Shown here: one piece after another, positions 1 to 8,250 of the stretch
Layout of the letters: every line of letters starts with the position of its first letter
Numbering within the stretch: position 1 is the stretch's first letter
NCBI GenBank assembly: GCA_002774635.1
Contig: PEXU01000049.1
Location: 1 to 61,409, forward strand
Reading direction: 5' to 3'
Length of the DNA stretch: 61,409 nt
DNA from: Candidatus Kerfeldbacteria bacterium CG08_land_8_20_14_0_20_40_16
GTDB taxonomy: Bacteria > Patescibacteriota > Patescibacteriia > UM-FILTER-42-10
Translations under genes and position numbers: made by a program
The notes under the pieces: model-generated
The model's database searches: none
Seen by the model: only the letters and a program-made list of their open reading frames with translations
What the model was told of the DNA's origin: nothing

Positions 1-599
1 ATAAACTTTACCAAGAGCCATAGCCATTGCTTCCAAATAAAGCTGGCCAGATTGGGATAAATAAGCTTTCTCGCCAAAATAGTCCGTTTCAAAAAGAGTA
101 GTGGTTCCTTCACAAGAAGTAGGAGTTAAAATAGGAGCGTCCGTTAGAACAAATCCTTCTTGGCGGAAAAATTCCCGCATCTGCCAGATTATCTCATCCC
201 GCACCGTCATTATCGCCACCTGCCTTTCGGATCGGACCCATAAATGGCGCTTGTCCATTAGGAAGTCAACGCCGTGTTCTTTTTTGGAAATAGGATACTC
301 CTCGGCCCGCTGAATCAACTTAATATCCTTTACCTGCATTTCGTAGCCGAAAGGAGAGCGTTTGTCCTCCTGCGCTTTCCCCATCACCTCAACGCTCGAT
401 TCCATCGTCAATTGCTCACACACTTTCCACGCTTCTTCGGATACGTTATCTTTACTGACTACCGCCTGGATTCTGCCGGAGCCATCCCTTAACTGCAGAA
501 AATAAATTTTTCCTGAGCTTCTAAAATTAAAAACCCAGGATTTCATTGTTACTTCCTGATCGAGATGTTGCGGTATTTCTAAAATTGATATTTCTTTCA
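1..599 (-). CDS. asnS: asparagine--tRNA ligase, N-terminal part (gene continues beyond window start)
   Basis: Not in ORF track because there is no stop in the window. My reverse-complement translation from ATG at 599 gives MKEISILEIPQHLDQEVTMKSWVFNFRSSGKIYFLQLRDGSG...EYPISKKEHGVDFLMDKRHLWVRS...APILTPTSCEGTTTLFE...YLSQSGQLYLEA. This is an OB-fold anticodon domain plus class IIb motif 1/2 region typical of Thermus-type AsnRS. AspRS is not fully excluded. Confidence 0.75.
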
Positions 600-664
600 T
601 AATTCCTTATAACTATAGCATTTTTACCAGGTTCCTGCAAACAAATTTTTGCTTTTAATCTATT

Positions 665-690
665 TAAAAAGGGGGCTGATTTAGGCCCCA
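665..690 (-). terminator. rho-independent terminator after membrane-protein gene
   Basis: ggggc(672-676)/gcccc(685-689) stem followed on the minus strand by a T-run (A-run 666-670 on plus). Confidence 0.5.
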
Positions 691-712
691 AATACTGATA
701 AATAACCAGTGA

Positions 713-1312
713 TTATAAAACTCTAATCTTCTTCCTTCTAGTTATTAAAATCCCTATTAAAGTAACGGCGAGGGCGCCTAAAAGATTGTAGGTTAAATCA
801 GAAGCGGTATCAAAACGTTCCCCGATCCGATGAGTATTAAACAGCAAATCTCCAAGATATTCAGAAATTTCGTAAAAAGAAACCAAGAGCATGGTCAGAG
901 AAACTACGAACAAATTTAAACTAAATCTACCCAACTTAATAAAACCTTTCATATTTAGATGGTAAAAAATATACAAAAGCATAATCGCCACGGAAAGCGA
1001 GCCGACAAAATGAGTAAAATCGTCCCACCAGCCATAGTGGGAATAAAAGTAGTAAAAATTACCCATCGCATCCAACCAGACACCCAGTACTACCGCAAGC
1101 GCCACATACCACGGTAAAATAATTTGATATTTTCTTTTGATAATTCTGTTAATTAAAATAAATCCGCCTCCGCTGATTAGAGCGGTGGTTGATAAGGCGA
1201 TTCTTCGATCCAAGACGTCGTAATTCACTCCCAGCTCGATAATGATCAAAACCGCCAAACTTAATAAAAATAAGGCGGTCAGAATTTTGTTTAGTGGTTT
1301 CCTAACGGGCAT
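713..1312 (-). CDS. polytopic membrane protein, unknown function
   Basis: 199-aa ORF with about 6 hydrophobic helices. No motif I can name. Confidence 0.6.
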   Translation of the reverse strand: MPVRKPLNKILTALFLLSLAVLIIIELGVNYDVLDRRIALSTTALISGGGFILINRIIKRKYQIILPWYVALAVVLGVWLDAMGNFYYFYSHYGWWDDFTHFVGSLSVAIMLLYIFYHLNMKGFIKLGRFSLNLFVVSLTMLLVSFYEISEYLGDLLFNTHRIGERFDTASDLTYNLLGALAVTLIGILITRRKKIRVL

Positions 1313-1317
1313 TAAAT

Positions 1318-1956
1318 TTATTGCGGCTTATTTTCTAAAATATCCATCCCTTGATTAATTTTCTCTTTGGATAATTGGAATCCTTTTTGCGAAACGTCTT
1401 TAACGTTAGTGATAATATCCTGCAGGCTATCCGGCAGCTGAGCTTGCAGCTGGTTTAAGACCGTTTGGTGCTTTTCCTTATTTTGCTGAATTAAATTATA
1501 AATACCAGTCAAGTCTTTGCCTTTCTTTTCCGCTTTTTCGATATTGCTGTTTACCTTTGCCATCTGTTCATTAAAACGATTAAGTGACTCGTCAACCAAA
1601 TCGGTTTTTTTGTTCAGAATTAGTTTCTCTGTTTCTTCCAGTCGCTGATTGGCCAAATCAAGCCCGTATTTGATTTTGTTTTCGGTATTAAAAATGAACC
1701 AGCCTTTCACGGTCTCCCACGTTTTTTTCAAAAAATAAAGCGGGCTGGAAGGCAATAATTTGACATCAGGCAGATTAATATTAATATTAATGGTCGTTAC
1801 CTCTTTTTCTTCCTCCGTTTCCTGGGAATTGACATTAGCGGGAGAATTATTTTCCATTTCTAAAACGGTATCATTATTGCTAATTTCAACCATGGATTGG
1901 GCGTGAGTTAAAACAGGAATAAATAATATGGCTAGAATGAGAATGATTAACTTCAT
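1318..1956 (-). CDS. secreted DUF5667-like protein
   Basis: N-terminal signal peptide (MKLIILILAILFIPVLTHA). LPSSPLYFLKKTWE motif resembles the DUF5667 signature common in CPR. Coiled-coil-like remainder. Confidence 0.6.
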   Translation of the reverse strand: MKLIILILAILFIPVLTHAQSMVEISNNDTVLEMENNSPANVNSQETEEEKEVTTINININLPDVKLLPSSPLYFLKKTWETVKGWFIFNTENKIKYGLDLANQRLEETEKLILNKKTDLVDESLNRFNEQMAKVNSNIEKAEKKGKDLTGIYNLIQQNKEKHQTVLNQLQAQLPDSLQDIITNVKDVSQKGFQLSKEKINQGMDILENKPQ

Positions 1957-1990
1957 TTTTTTGCCTTATTCTTTTATTTAAGTATACCAG

Positions 1991-2014
1991 TAAAAAAACC
2001 GCTTTGAAAGCGGT
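1991..2014 (-). terminator. rho-independent terminator (minus strand)
   Basis: accgct/agcggt stem (1998-2014) followed on the minus strand by TTTTTTT (1992-1998 A-run on plus). It sits immediately 3' of the GC-rich block as read on the minus strand. Confidence 0.6.
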
Positions 2015-2019
2015 CTATT

Positions 2020-2330
2020 GTTATTGGTGCACTATGAGGAACGGGATAGCGATTTCCGCGTCTCTCCCCTCGGCTTCGCTCGGGGTCCTTGTCCTGGGCA
2101 GCCTGCCCGACATGCCGTCATGGCAGGCGGGCGCCAAATGCTCCTTATGGTCGCATTCGTCGGCGTTCGTCTGCATCCCGCTTTCGCGGGATTTGTCTCG
2201 CTTCTGCCCGTTCGAATCCCTCTCTGGAATCTTAAAAGCGGTAAACAAAAATATCCTGGTTTCCCAGAATATCTTTGTCGTGGTATGTTTATTTGACCAA
2301 ATCCGAACCTATTTTGTCCGTCTGCCGTAG
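2020..2330. other. GC-rich hairpin-dense block, unassigned (candidate structured RNA or decayed tRNA-derived DNA)
   Basis: Hand count 38/60 G+C for 2101-2160, against AT-rich flanks. Several stable hairpins: cctgcccg...caggcggg 2102-2131 and atcccgctttcgcgggat 2175-2192. The 13-mer GTTCGAATCCCTC at 2208-2220 is identical to the T-arm of the tRNA-Lys at 4186-4262. The three overlapping ORFs there look like artefacts. Confidence 0.4.
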
Positions 2331-2381
2331 CTTTAGCGAAGGCAGGAAAGAAATTTTTAATTCTTTTGTTTTTTTAAATGG

Positions 2382-2420
2382 GCGGGGCGGAAGGGGGGTC
2401 TGGGGGGAATTCCGCCCCGC
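2382..2420. repeat. perfect 11-bp GC hairpin
   Basis: gcggggcggaa (2382-2392) pairs with ttccgccccgc (2410-2420). The loop is 17 nt and G-rich. Confidence 0.85.
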
Positions 2421-2470
2421 AAAGAATCAGAAATTTTCCTGAAAATAAGTTCGGGCTTTTAGGAGAAGGC

Positions 2471-2557
2471 CGTACCAATCAGAAGTGGGCGATTTTTCCG
2501 CCAAAATTTGGCGCGAATTTTCCAGTAAAATCAGAGCTTTACCCGACTTAATGAGGC
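2471..2557. repeat. left copy of 87-bp inverted repeat flanking the serine recombinase gene
   Basis: Reverse complement of 4106-4192. One mismatch in the first 54 nt and 7 in the last 33 by my alignment. Begins with CGTACCA, which is the 3' end of tRNA-Lys. Confidence 0.85.
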
Positions 2558-2594
2558 AAATATAAAAAAGATACATTAAGAGCCAATCTTTTTA

Positions 2595-2636
2595 GGATAA
2601 TTTTTCTCAATAATTGATAGGTTGAGAAAATTATCC
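2595..2636. promoter_or_regulatory. dyad-symmetric site upstream of recombinase gene (candidate operator or att-like site)
   Basis: ggataatttttctcaa (2595-2610) and ttgagaaaattatcc (2622-2636) are inverted repeats separated by 11 nt, about 95 bp upstream of the ATG at 2731. Confidence 0.4.
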
Positions 2637-2730
2637 GCTTCAAAATTTCCTTAGCAAAAAAAGCGATAATTCCTTTTTGCCTGTTCGTCTACGAAAGGCC
2701 AAAAGCGATTTACTATTAACACTAAAACCT

Positions 2731-4227
2731 ATGAACAAATTCTTTATCTATACCAGAAAATCAACTGATGATGAAGACCGGCAAGTTTTAAGCATTGAAG
2801 CACAAATTGCCGAACTTAGGGAGTTTGCCAAAAAAGAGAGTTTGGAAATAATTGACGAACTGATTGAATCCAAAACAGCTAAATATCCAGGCAGACCGAT
2901 ATTCAATGAAATGCTTTTAAAAATTGAAAATGGTGAGGCTGATGGAATAATTTCATGGAATCCTGATCGTTTGGCCAGAAACGCGGTTGACGGTGGTCAA
3001 ATTATAAACCTGGTCGATAAAGGCAAGTTGAAATCATTAAAATTCCCTACTTACTGGTTTGAACCGTCAAGCCAGGGTTTATTTATGCTGCAAATCGCTT
3101 TTGGCCAGGCTAAATATTACATTGATAATTTAAGCGAAAACGTAAAGAGAGGTATCAGGCAAAAATTAAGACGAGGTGAATGGCCTGGCATGGCGCCACT
3201 TGGTTATCTTAATGATTTAAAAACCCGTACCATTATAGTTGATAAAGAAAAAGCCCTAATTGTTGTTAAACTGTTCAAAGCCTACGCAAGTGGCAAATAT
3301 AGTTTTGAGGGTCTTTCTAAACTGGCTTTTTCTTGGAGTATAAAAACTAGAAAAACTAAAAAGGAATTATCGCTTTCGTTTATTCAAAGAATGCTGCAGA
3401 ATAAATTTTATCTTGGATTATTCTTACACAAAGGCGAAATCTATGAAGGCAAGCACGAGCCACTGATAGACAAAGCCACTTTTGACGCGGTTAAAAGAAT
3501 TATGAGCCAAAGAGGCAAACCAAGGAAAATTAAGACGCTATTAAATTTTCCATTCAGAGGTTTATTTACCTGCGGCGAGTGTGGCAGAACTATAACTGCT
3601 GAAAAACACACTAAAAAATCCGGACTGGTTTTTAAATATTATCGCTGTACCAAAAAGAACACCAATTGTTCGCAAAAATATCTTTCGGAAAATAATCTGG
3701 TAAAACAGGTGGATAAGATAATATCAAAAGTGGCTTTGTCTGATGATTGGTCTACTAAAATGCTTAAGCAAGTGAAAAAGTGGGAACGAGAGAAAGACCA
3801 ATCATCTGCCCTTGCGCTTAAAGGTTTAAATGAAGAATTGGAAAAATTAGAAACAAAACTTTCTAAACTGCTTGATGCGCATTTAAATGGCATTCTTGAG
3901 ATACAAGAATATCAAAACAAAAAAGCAGAACTTATGGAAAAGAAAGTCGCTTTAAAACAAAAGATTGCCCATTTGGGCAAGAAGGGCAATCAGTGGCTCG
4001 AACCATTGAAAAACTGGATATATGAAGCAAGTAACGCTAATAAAATACTTTTTGAAGGAAATTTTGAAGCAAAAGCCGAACTTTTAAAAAAGATTGGCTC
4101 GAACCGCCTCATTAAGTCGGACAAAGCCCTTATTTATTTGGAAAATTCGCGCCAAATTTTGGCGGAAAAATCGCCCACTTCCGATTGGTACGCCGTGAGG
4201 GATTCGAACCCCCGACCATCTGCTTAA
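2731..4227 (+). CDS. large serine recombinase (phage-integrase/transposase type)
   Basis: MNKFFIYTRKSTDDEDRQVLSIEAQ resolvase catalytic N-terminus. Central recombinase domain. Zn-ribbon CGECGR...YYRCTKKNTNC. Coiled-coil C-terminus. ATG at 2731 preferred over the TTG at 2677. The last 35 nt run antisense into tRNA-Lys. Confidence 0.9.
   Translation: MNKFFIYTRKSTDDEDRQVLSIEAQIAELREFAKKESLEIIDELIESKTAKYPGRPIFNEMLLKIENGEADGIISWNPDRLARNAVDGGQIINLVDKGKLKSLKFPTYWFEPSSQGLFMLQIAFGQAKYYIDNLSENVKRGIRQKLRRGEWPGMAPLGYLNDLKTRTIIVDKEKALIVVKLFKAYASGKYSFEGLSKLAFSWSIKTRKTKKELSLSFIQRMLQNKFYLGLFLHKGEIYEGKHEPLIDKATFDAVKRIMSQRGKPRKIKTLLNFPFRGLFTCGECGRTITAEKHTKKSGLVFKYYRCTKKNTNCSQKYLSENNLVKQVDKIISKVALSDDWSTKMLKQVKKWEREKDQSSALALKGLNEELEKLETKLSKLLDAHLNGILEIQEYQNKKAELMEKKVALKQKIAHLGKKGNQWLEPLKNWIYEASNANKILFEGNFEAKAELLKKIGSNRLIKSDKALIYLENSRQILAEKSPTSDWYAVRDSNPRPSA
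4106..4192. repeat. right copy of 87-bp inverted repeat (inside recombinase 3' coding region, overlaps tRNA-Lys 3' end)
   Basis: See the left copy at 2471-2557. Positions 4186-4192 are the CCA-acceptor end of tRNA-Lys. Confidence 0.85.
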
Positions 4228-4262
4228 AAGGCAGTTGCTCTACCTGGCTGAGCTAACGGCGC
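4186..4262 (-). tRNA. tRNA-Lys(UUU)
   Basis: Hand fold: GCGCCGT TA GCTC AGCCAGGTA GAGC A ACTGC CTTTTAA GCAGA TGGTC GGGGG TTCGAAT CCCTC ACGGCGT ACCA. Cloverleaf is intact and CCA is encoded. Confidence 0.9.
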
Positions 4263-4320
4263 TTATTAAAAGTATAATTTTATAATCTTAATTGGGAAGT
4301 ATTAAATTGTAAAGTGTATT

Positions 4321-4385
4321 TCCAGTAACCGTTAGCGAAGCCACTGGCTGCCTGTCCCGCTGAATAGCGGGAAGCTAACGGCGCA
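4321..4385 (-). pseudogene. 5' fragment of tRNA-Lys interrupted by a GC hairpin module
   Basis: Minus strand reads GCGCCGTTAGCT (identical to tRNA-Lys nt 1-12), then TCCCGCTATTCAGCGGGACAGG, then CAGCCAGTGG (compare D-loop CAGCCAGGTA), and then diverges. Confidence 0.5.
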
Positions 4386-4589
4386 GAAAAATAATAGTAT
4401 GCTTTATATTAACAAAGTATAGTAAATAAATCAAGGAACAATCCTTTAAAATGACCAAGGATTAATAAATAACGAAAAAAGGGAGGTTGAAATATTTTAG
4501 CTGTTTTTAGCGTAATATTTTACAGAGGTCATGCTTTAAGTAATTTAATATTACTATTGTATGATTATTTCATTAATAAATAAAAACTC

Positions 4590-6218
4590 ATGTTTTACCT
4601 ACGCTATTTGTGGGCGGAATTAACTCGCCGCTGGGGCAAAACGCTCACTATCTCCTTAGGCCTCGCTATGGCCAGCGCTATCATAATTACTATCATTTCT
4701 GTATCTCAAAGTTTGTCCGCGGCCCAAGATAAAGTTCTGAATCCTCTGCAGAACGTGGGAACCGACATCATGGTCAGCCGGACGGTGAATCCGGAAGAAA
4801 TATCAACTCTCGACGATGCCACTCGAGAAGAAGCATTGAACGACAATAGGATCACAATGGATTTTTCCAAGCTCGGAGAGCCCGGCGAGCAATTCACCAA
4901 CGATACGCTTATGCCAGGCAGCATGCTTACCTTTGCTTCATCGGAAACGGAAAAGCTGGATCCCTCGCTGGTAAAAATGTACGCGACGGGATTGGTGCTG
5001 AACGTAGTGCATCAAGAAGGGACTATTCCGAAATTGGCGGCTGAAATTGAAACCGGCGGACAACGCATTGGATTCAGCCAGACATTCCAGATGAGTGATG
5101 CGGATCGCCAAGCGTTTATGAATGCCCAACAAAAAACCATGGAAGAGCTACGAAACAAAGGAATCGACCCAAATTCAGAAGAGGGTCAGAAACTAATGCG
5201 AAAATCTGTCCCAAATCCGAACAGCACTGTAAGCGGCGAGATAGAAGTTCCTAAGGAAGTGATCCGCCAGGAAATCGGATCATTTTCAACTGATGTTAAA
5301 ACGGAAAATTTCACACTAGCAGGAGTAGATACAAGCAAAAATGACATTGGGCTTATTCTTCCCGACCAGATTGTAGAAGGACGCTATTTAGAACAGCCCG
5401 GTGAAGTGGTGGCCACCCGAGCCTTTGCCCAAAAAAAGAATTACTCTTTGAACGGCACGATTACCATTGGCGGCAAAGAATTTACTCTCGTCGGCATCGT
5501 TGATCCGAAACTGTATACCATGTCAGCCGATCTGTACATGTCCTTGACCGACGCACAACAACTGGCTGACCGCGACGGCAGGGTCAACGTATTGTTGGTC
5601 AAAGCCAGCAATGCGGATAACGTCAAGCCAGCGGGCGAAAGCGTTGCCGGAATATTTTCAGGCGTAAAAGTGACGGACGCATCGGAAACCGCCCAACAGG
5701 TTTCGGGTAGCCTAGTTAGTGCCTCTAGCTTAACCGATAAATTTATCGGCGTAACCAGCATTATTGTTGTGCTCGCGGCCTTTATTATCGTCAGTTTACT
5801 AACCATTCTTTCGGTCAACAAACGAGTACGGGAAATCGGCACGCTTAAGGCAATCGGCTGGAAAAATCATTTGATTATCCGGCAGATTGTCGCTGAAAAT
5901 ATAGTAATTGGAGTAATCGGCGCTGTGCTCGGCATCGGTCTGGCCCTGGGGGCAATCGCCCTTTTAAACCATTACGACATTTCGCTTTCCGCCACTGTTG
6001 CCGGCACTGATACCGGATTCGGTTTTGCTCGTCGATTCTTGGGAGGAGAAAAAAATGATGGGATTACCACCAGTGTTCAACTTAACGTAATTTACACTTA
6101 CACGGTGTTGGCCTTAGGTTCATTAATTGCCTTAGCTGCTTCCATTTTTGCTGGTACCTTAGCAGCGATTAAAGCGGCTAAAATGAAGCCGCAAGAGGCT
6201 TTTCGAAATTTGGAATAA
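4590..6218 (+). CDS. ABC transporter permease, FtsX/MacB-like with large extracytoplasmic domain
   Basis: N-terminal TM, a soluble domain of about 350 aa, and a C-terminal FtsX-type 3-TM bundle (VNKRVREIGTLKAIGW). Followed by a cognate ATPase. Confidence 0.8.
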   Translation: MFYLRYLWAELTRRWGKTLTISLGLAMASAIIITIISVSQSLSAAQDKVLNPLQNVGTDIMVSRTVNPEEISTLDDATREEALNDNRITMDFSKLGEPGEQFTNDTLMPGSMLTFASSETEKLDPSLVKMYATGLVLNVVHQEGTIPKLAAEIETGGQRIGFSQTFQMSDADRQAFMNAQQKTMEELRNKGIDPNSEEGQKLMRKSVPNPNSTVSGEIEVPKEVIRQEIGSFSTDVKTENFTLAGVDTSKNDIGLILPDQIVEGRYLEQPGEVVATRAFAQKKNYSLNGTITIGGKEFTLVGIVDPKLYTMSADLYMSLTDAQQLADRDGRVNVLLVKASNADNVKPAGESVAGIFSGVKVTDASETAQQVSGSLVSASSLTDKFIGVTSIIVVLAAFIIVSLLTILSVNKRVREIGTLKAIGWKNHLIIRQIVAENIVIGVIGAVLGIGLALGAIALLNHYDISLSATVAGTDTGFGFARRFLGGEKNDGITTSVQLNVIYTYTVLALGSLIALAASIFAGTLAAIKAAKMKPQEAFRNLE

Positions 6219-6250
6219 GCTGGATCGATTAACAAATTGATTAAAAAAAT

Positions 6251-6910
6251 ATGACCTTCATTAAAGCAAGAAATCTGCTTAAACAATACCGACAAGGAGC
6301 TAAAACAATAAACGCGGTGGATGGCATTAATTTGAACATGAACAAAGGAGAGTTTCTGGCTATTATCGGTCCTTCAGGGTCAGGAAAAAGCACACTGCTA
6401 CAGCTAATTGGCGGATTGGACCGGCCAACCAAAGGCACCATTGAAATAGACGATATTGAAATTACAAAAATAAGTGATGCTAAGCTTACCACATTGCGCC
6501 GTGATAAAATGGGATTCATTTTCCAGAACTTTAACCTGATTCCCACTCTTACTGCCGCCCAGAATATTGAAGCGGTTATTGCTAAGCGATCAAAAAGCGA
6601 CCGAAAAAAAGTCAAAGAGGTTTTAAAACAGGTGGGGCTAGAGGAACGGGCTAATCATTTGCCTAGTTTGCTTTCCGGCGGAGAGCAACAGCGGGTGGCA
6701 ATTGCCCGGGCGCTGATTAACGAGCCGGAGATAATTTTAGCAGACGAGCCGACGGGAAATTTAGACAGCAAAACCGGCGAGAGTATTATCCAGATATTGC
6801 ACAACTTAAACAAACGCAACAAAAAAACGGTTATTCTGGTTAGCCATTCTGACTATGTTAAAAAATACGCCGATCAAACTATTGAGATTAAAGACGGAAA
6901 AATAACATAA
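6251..6910 (+). CDS. ABC transporter ATP-binding protein (MacB/LolD-like)
   Basis: Walker [10 protein letters not shown], signature LSGGEQQR, Walker [12 protein letters not shown]. Confidence 0.9.
   Translation: MTFIKARNLLKQYRQGAKTINAVDGINLNMNKGEFLAIIGPSGSGKSTLLQLIGGLDRPTKGTIEIDDIEITKISDAKLTTLRRDKMGFIFQNFNLIPTLTAAQNIEAVIAKRSKSDRKKVKEVLKQVGLEERANHLPSLLSGGEQQRVAIARALINEPEIILADEPTGNLDSKTGESIIQILHNLNKRNKKTVILVSHSDYVKKYADQTIEIKDGKIT
6878..6906 (+). repeat. direct repeat copy 1 (3' end of ABC ATPase gene)
   Basis: actattgagattaaagacggaaaaataac, 26/29 identical to 8045-8073. Weaker similarity continues for about 30 nt downstream of both copies. Confidence 0.75.
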
Positions 6911-7134
6911 TACAACAATAGTTCTTTTAAAACATGACCTTTATTTTTTTGAGAAAATAGCGCATAATTATAAAAAAGCACATTCAAAATCGTCCACTTA
7001 GTTAATCTCGATGTTGAGCTGGTCGCCGAAAAGTTCGTCAGGTTTGAAAGAATCTGTAGAGAACGTGGCGTCCGGATAGATGGCTGCTGGAAAACAGCCC
7101 ACGAGAACATCAGAGATTCTACATATTCTAAATT

Positions 7135-8052
7135 ATGAAACAGAAAATCGTTAATATAATTTCCGAAATCAAACGAGAGTTTAAAATAACGGAAAAATTC
7201 TCTAAAGCGTCCAATGGAACCAATTCGCAAGTTTTTGTGTCTGAAAATTTTATTATCAAAATCAATAAAAACATCACTGCTCTTAAGAAGGAATACGACG
7301 TGATAAAATCCTTAAAATCAAAATATGTTCCAAAAGCATTAGGCTTTGTAAATTTAAAGGGGCATGGAGCTATTATTGAAAAAAGAATTAATGGCGATGA
7401 TGTTCAAAAAGTTTGGAAGCAGTTTAGCCAGAAAAACAAAACAAGAATAATCAATGACTTGGCCGTTGCGCTCGCTTCTTTTCACCGTCAAAAATATGAC
7501 TATTTTTGGTCATTGAAGTCTAATAAAAAATTCAAAAGTTATGACAAATTGCTCATCATTAGGTTTAAAGAATATAAAAAGAGGATCTTGAGCAATAAAA
7601 CCGCTTGCGATCTTTATTTAAGGATTAAAGATAATTTGAATGAAGCCAGGATGGCTAAAATTTTTAAGAACGTCAAACCTGCCTTGGTCCATGGTGATTT
7701 AATTATGCATAACATTTTAACTGACGGCAAAAAATTGACCGGCATCATTGATTGGGAATACGTTCAATTCGGTGATCCTTTTTATGATCTGGCCAGAGTC
7801 ATTTACTATCAGGAATGCGCCAAGGCCTATATTGAGGAAAAGGGAGATATTCATTTTGAATATGATTTTACCACAAGATTGATAAACAAACTGCGAGAAT
7901 CTATTGAATTTAGTGAAGATAAGTATAAAATAATTAGATGCCTTTATTTTATTGATACGATTATTTGGGCTTTAAATTCCTCAGATCCTGAGTATAATTT
8001 AAAAAAATTAAAGCCGCCGACCTTAGGTCAATTGCGGGGCAAAAACCATTGA
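7135..8052 (+). CDS. APH-family phosphotransferase (aminoglycoside/choline-kinase-like fold)
   Basis: LVHGDLIMHNIL...IIDWEYVQFGDPFYDLA is the catalytic-loop and DxD-type motif of the phosphotransferase enzyme family. Confidence 0.75.
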   Translation: MKQKIVNIISEIKREFKITEKFSKASNGTNSQVFVSENFIIKINKNITALKKEYDVIKSLKSKYVPKALGFVNLKGHGAIIEKRINGDDVQKVWKQFSQKNKTRIINDLAVALASFHRQKYDYFWSLKSNKKFKSYDKLLIIRFKEYKKRILSNKTACDLYLRIKDNLNEARMAKIFKNVKPALVHGDLIMHNILTDGKKLTGIIDWEYVQFGDPFYDLARVIYYQECAKAYIEEKGDIHFEYDFTTRLINKLRESIEFSEDKYKIIRCLYFIDTIIWALNSSDPEYNLKKLKPPTLGQLRGKNH

Positions 8053-8073
8053 GATTAAGGACGGAAGAATAAC
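8045..8073 (+). repeat. direct repeat copy 2 (orphan ABC ATPase 3' end)
   Basis: accattgagattaaggacggaagaataac would encode TIEIKDGRIT, compared with [10 protein letters not shown] at the real ATPase C-terminus. Confidence 0.75.
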
Positions 8074-8250
8074 GGAACATAAAACAAAAGAATAATTCTT
8101 TTTAAATTATAAACTGGATCATTAGATTGAAACGGGCTTTACTTATAATACAATCAGCATTTGGAAAAAGTTCTTTTAAAATTACTTTTCCGCCGTAATT
8201 AAAAGTGCTATACTGAGGAAGCAGTATTTTATTATTATTTTTAAAATACC

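Noticed and set aside
1-599. Co-occurrence of AsnRS with gatCA as an anomaly
   Set aside because: GatCAB is still needed for Gln-tRNA formation in organisms lacking GlnRS, so having both is ordinary. gatB is simply outside this window.
2004-2330. Three overlapping ORFs (108, 92 and 75 aa) in the GC-rich block
   Set aside because: They overlap each other on both strands, lie on stacked GC hairpins and a tRNA-like T-arm, and have no SD. Their Arg/Pro/Gly/Cys-rich products look like translated structured DNA rather than proteins.
2016-2330. tmRNA on the minus strand (ends GTGCACCA before a terminator, contains GGATTCGAACGGG resembling the tmRNA 5' region)
   Set aside because: I could not build a T-arm or a 5'/3' acceptor helix. 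No GGGG 5' end pairs with the 3' end. The only tag-like frame (ADERRRMRP) lacks the usual hydrophobic ...LAA-type ending. An RNase P fit also failed because there is no GGAAAGTCC or ACAGAA P4 element. An SRP fit failed because there is no GGAAG-type apical motif.
6874-7230. 118-aa minus-strand ORF spanning the ABC-kinase spacer
   Set aside because: It overlaps the ends of two well-supported plus-strand genes and has no recognisable motif. A different frame there (7132-6998) looks more protein-like but lacks a start, so it is mentioned only as a possible relic.
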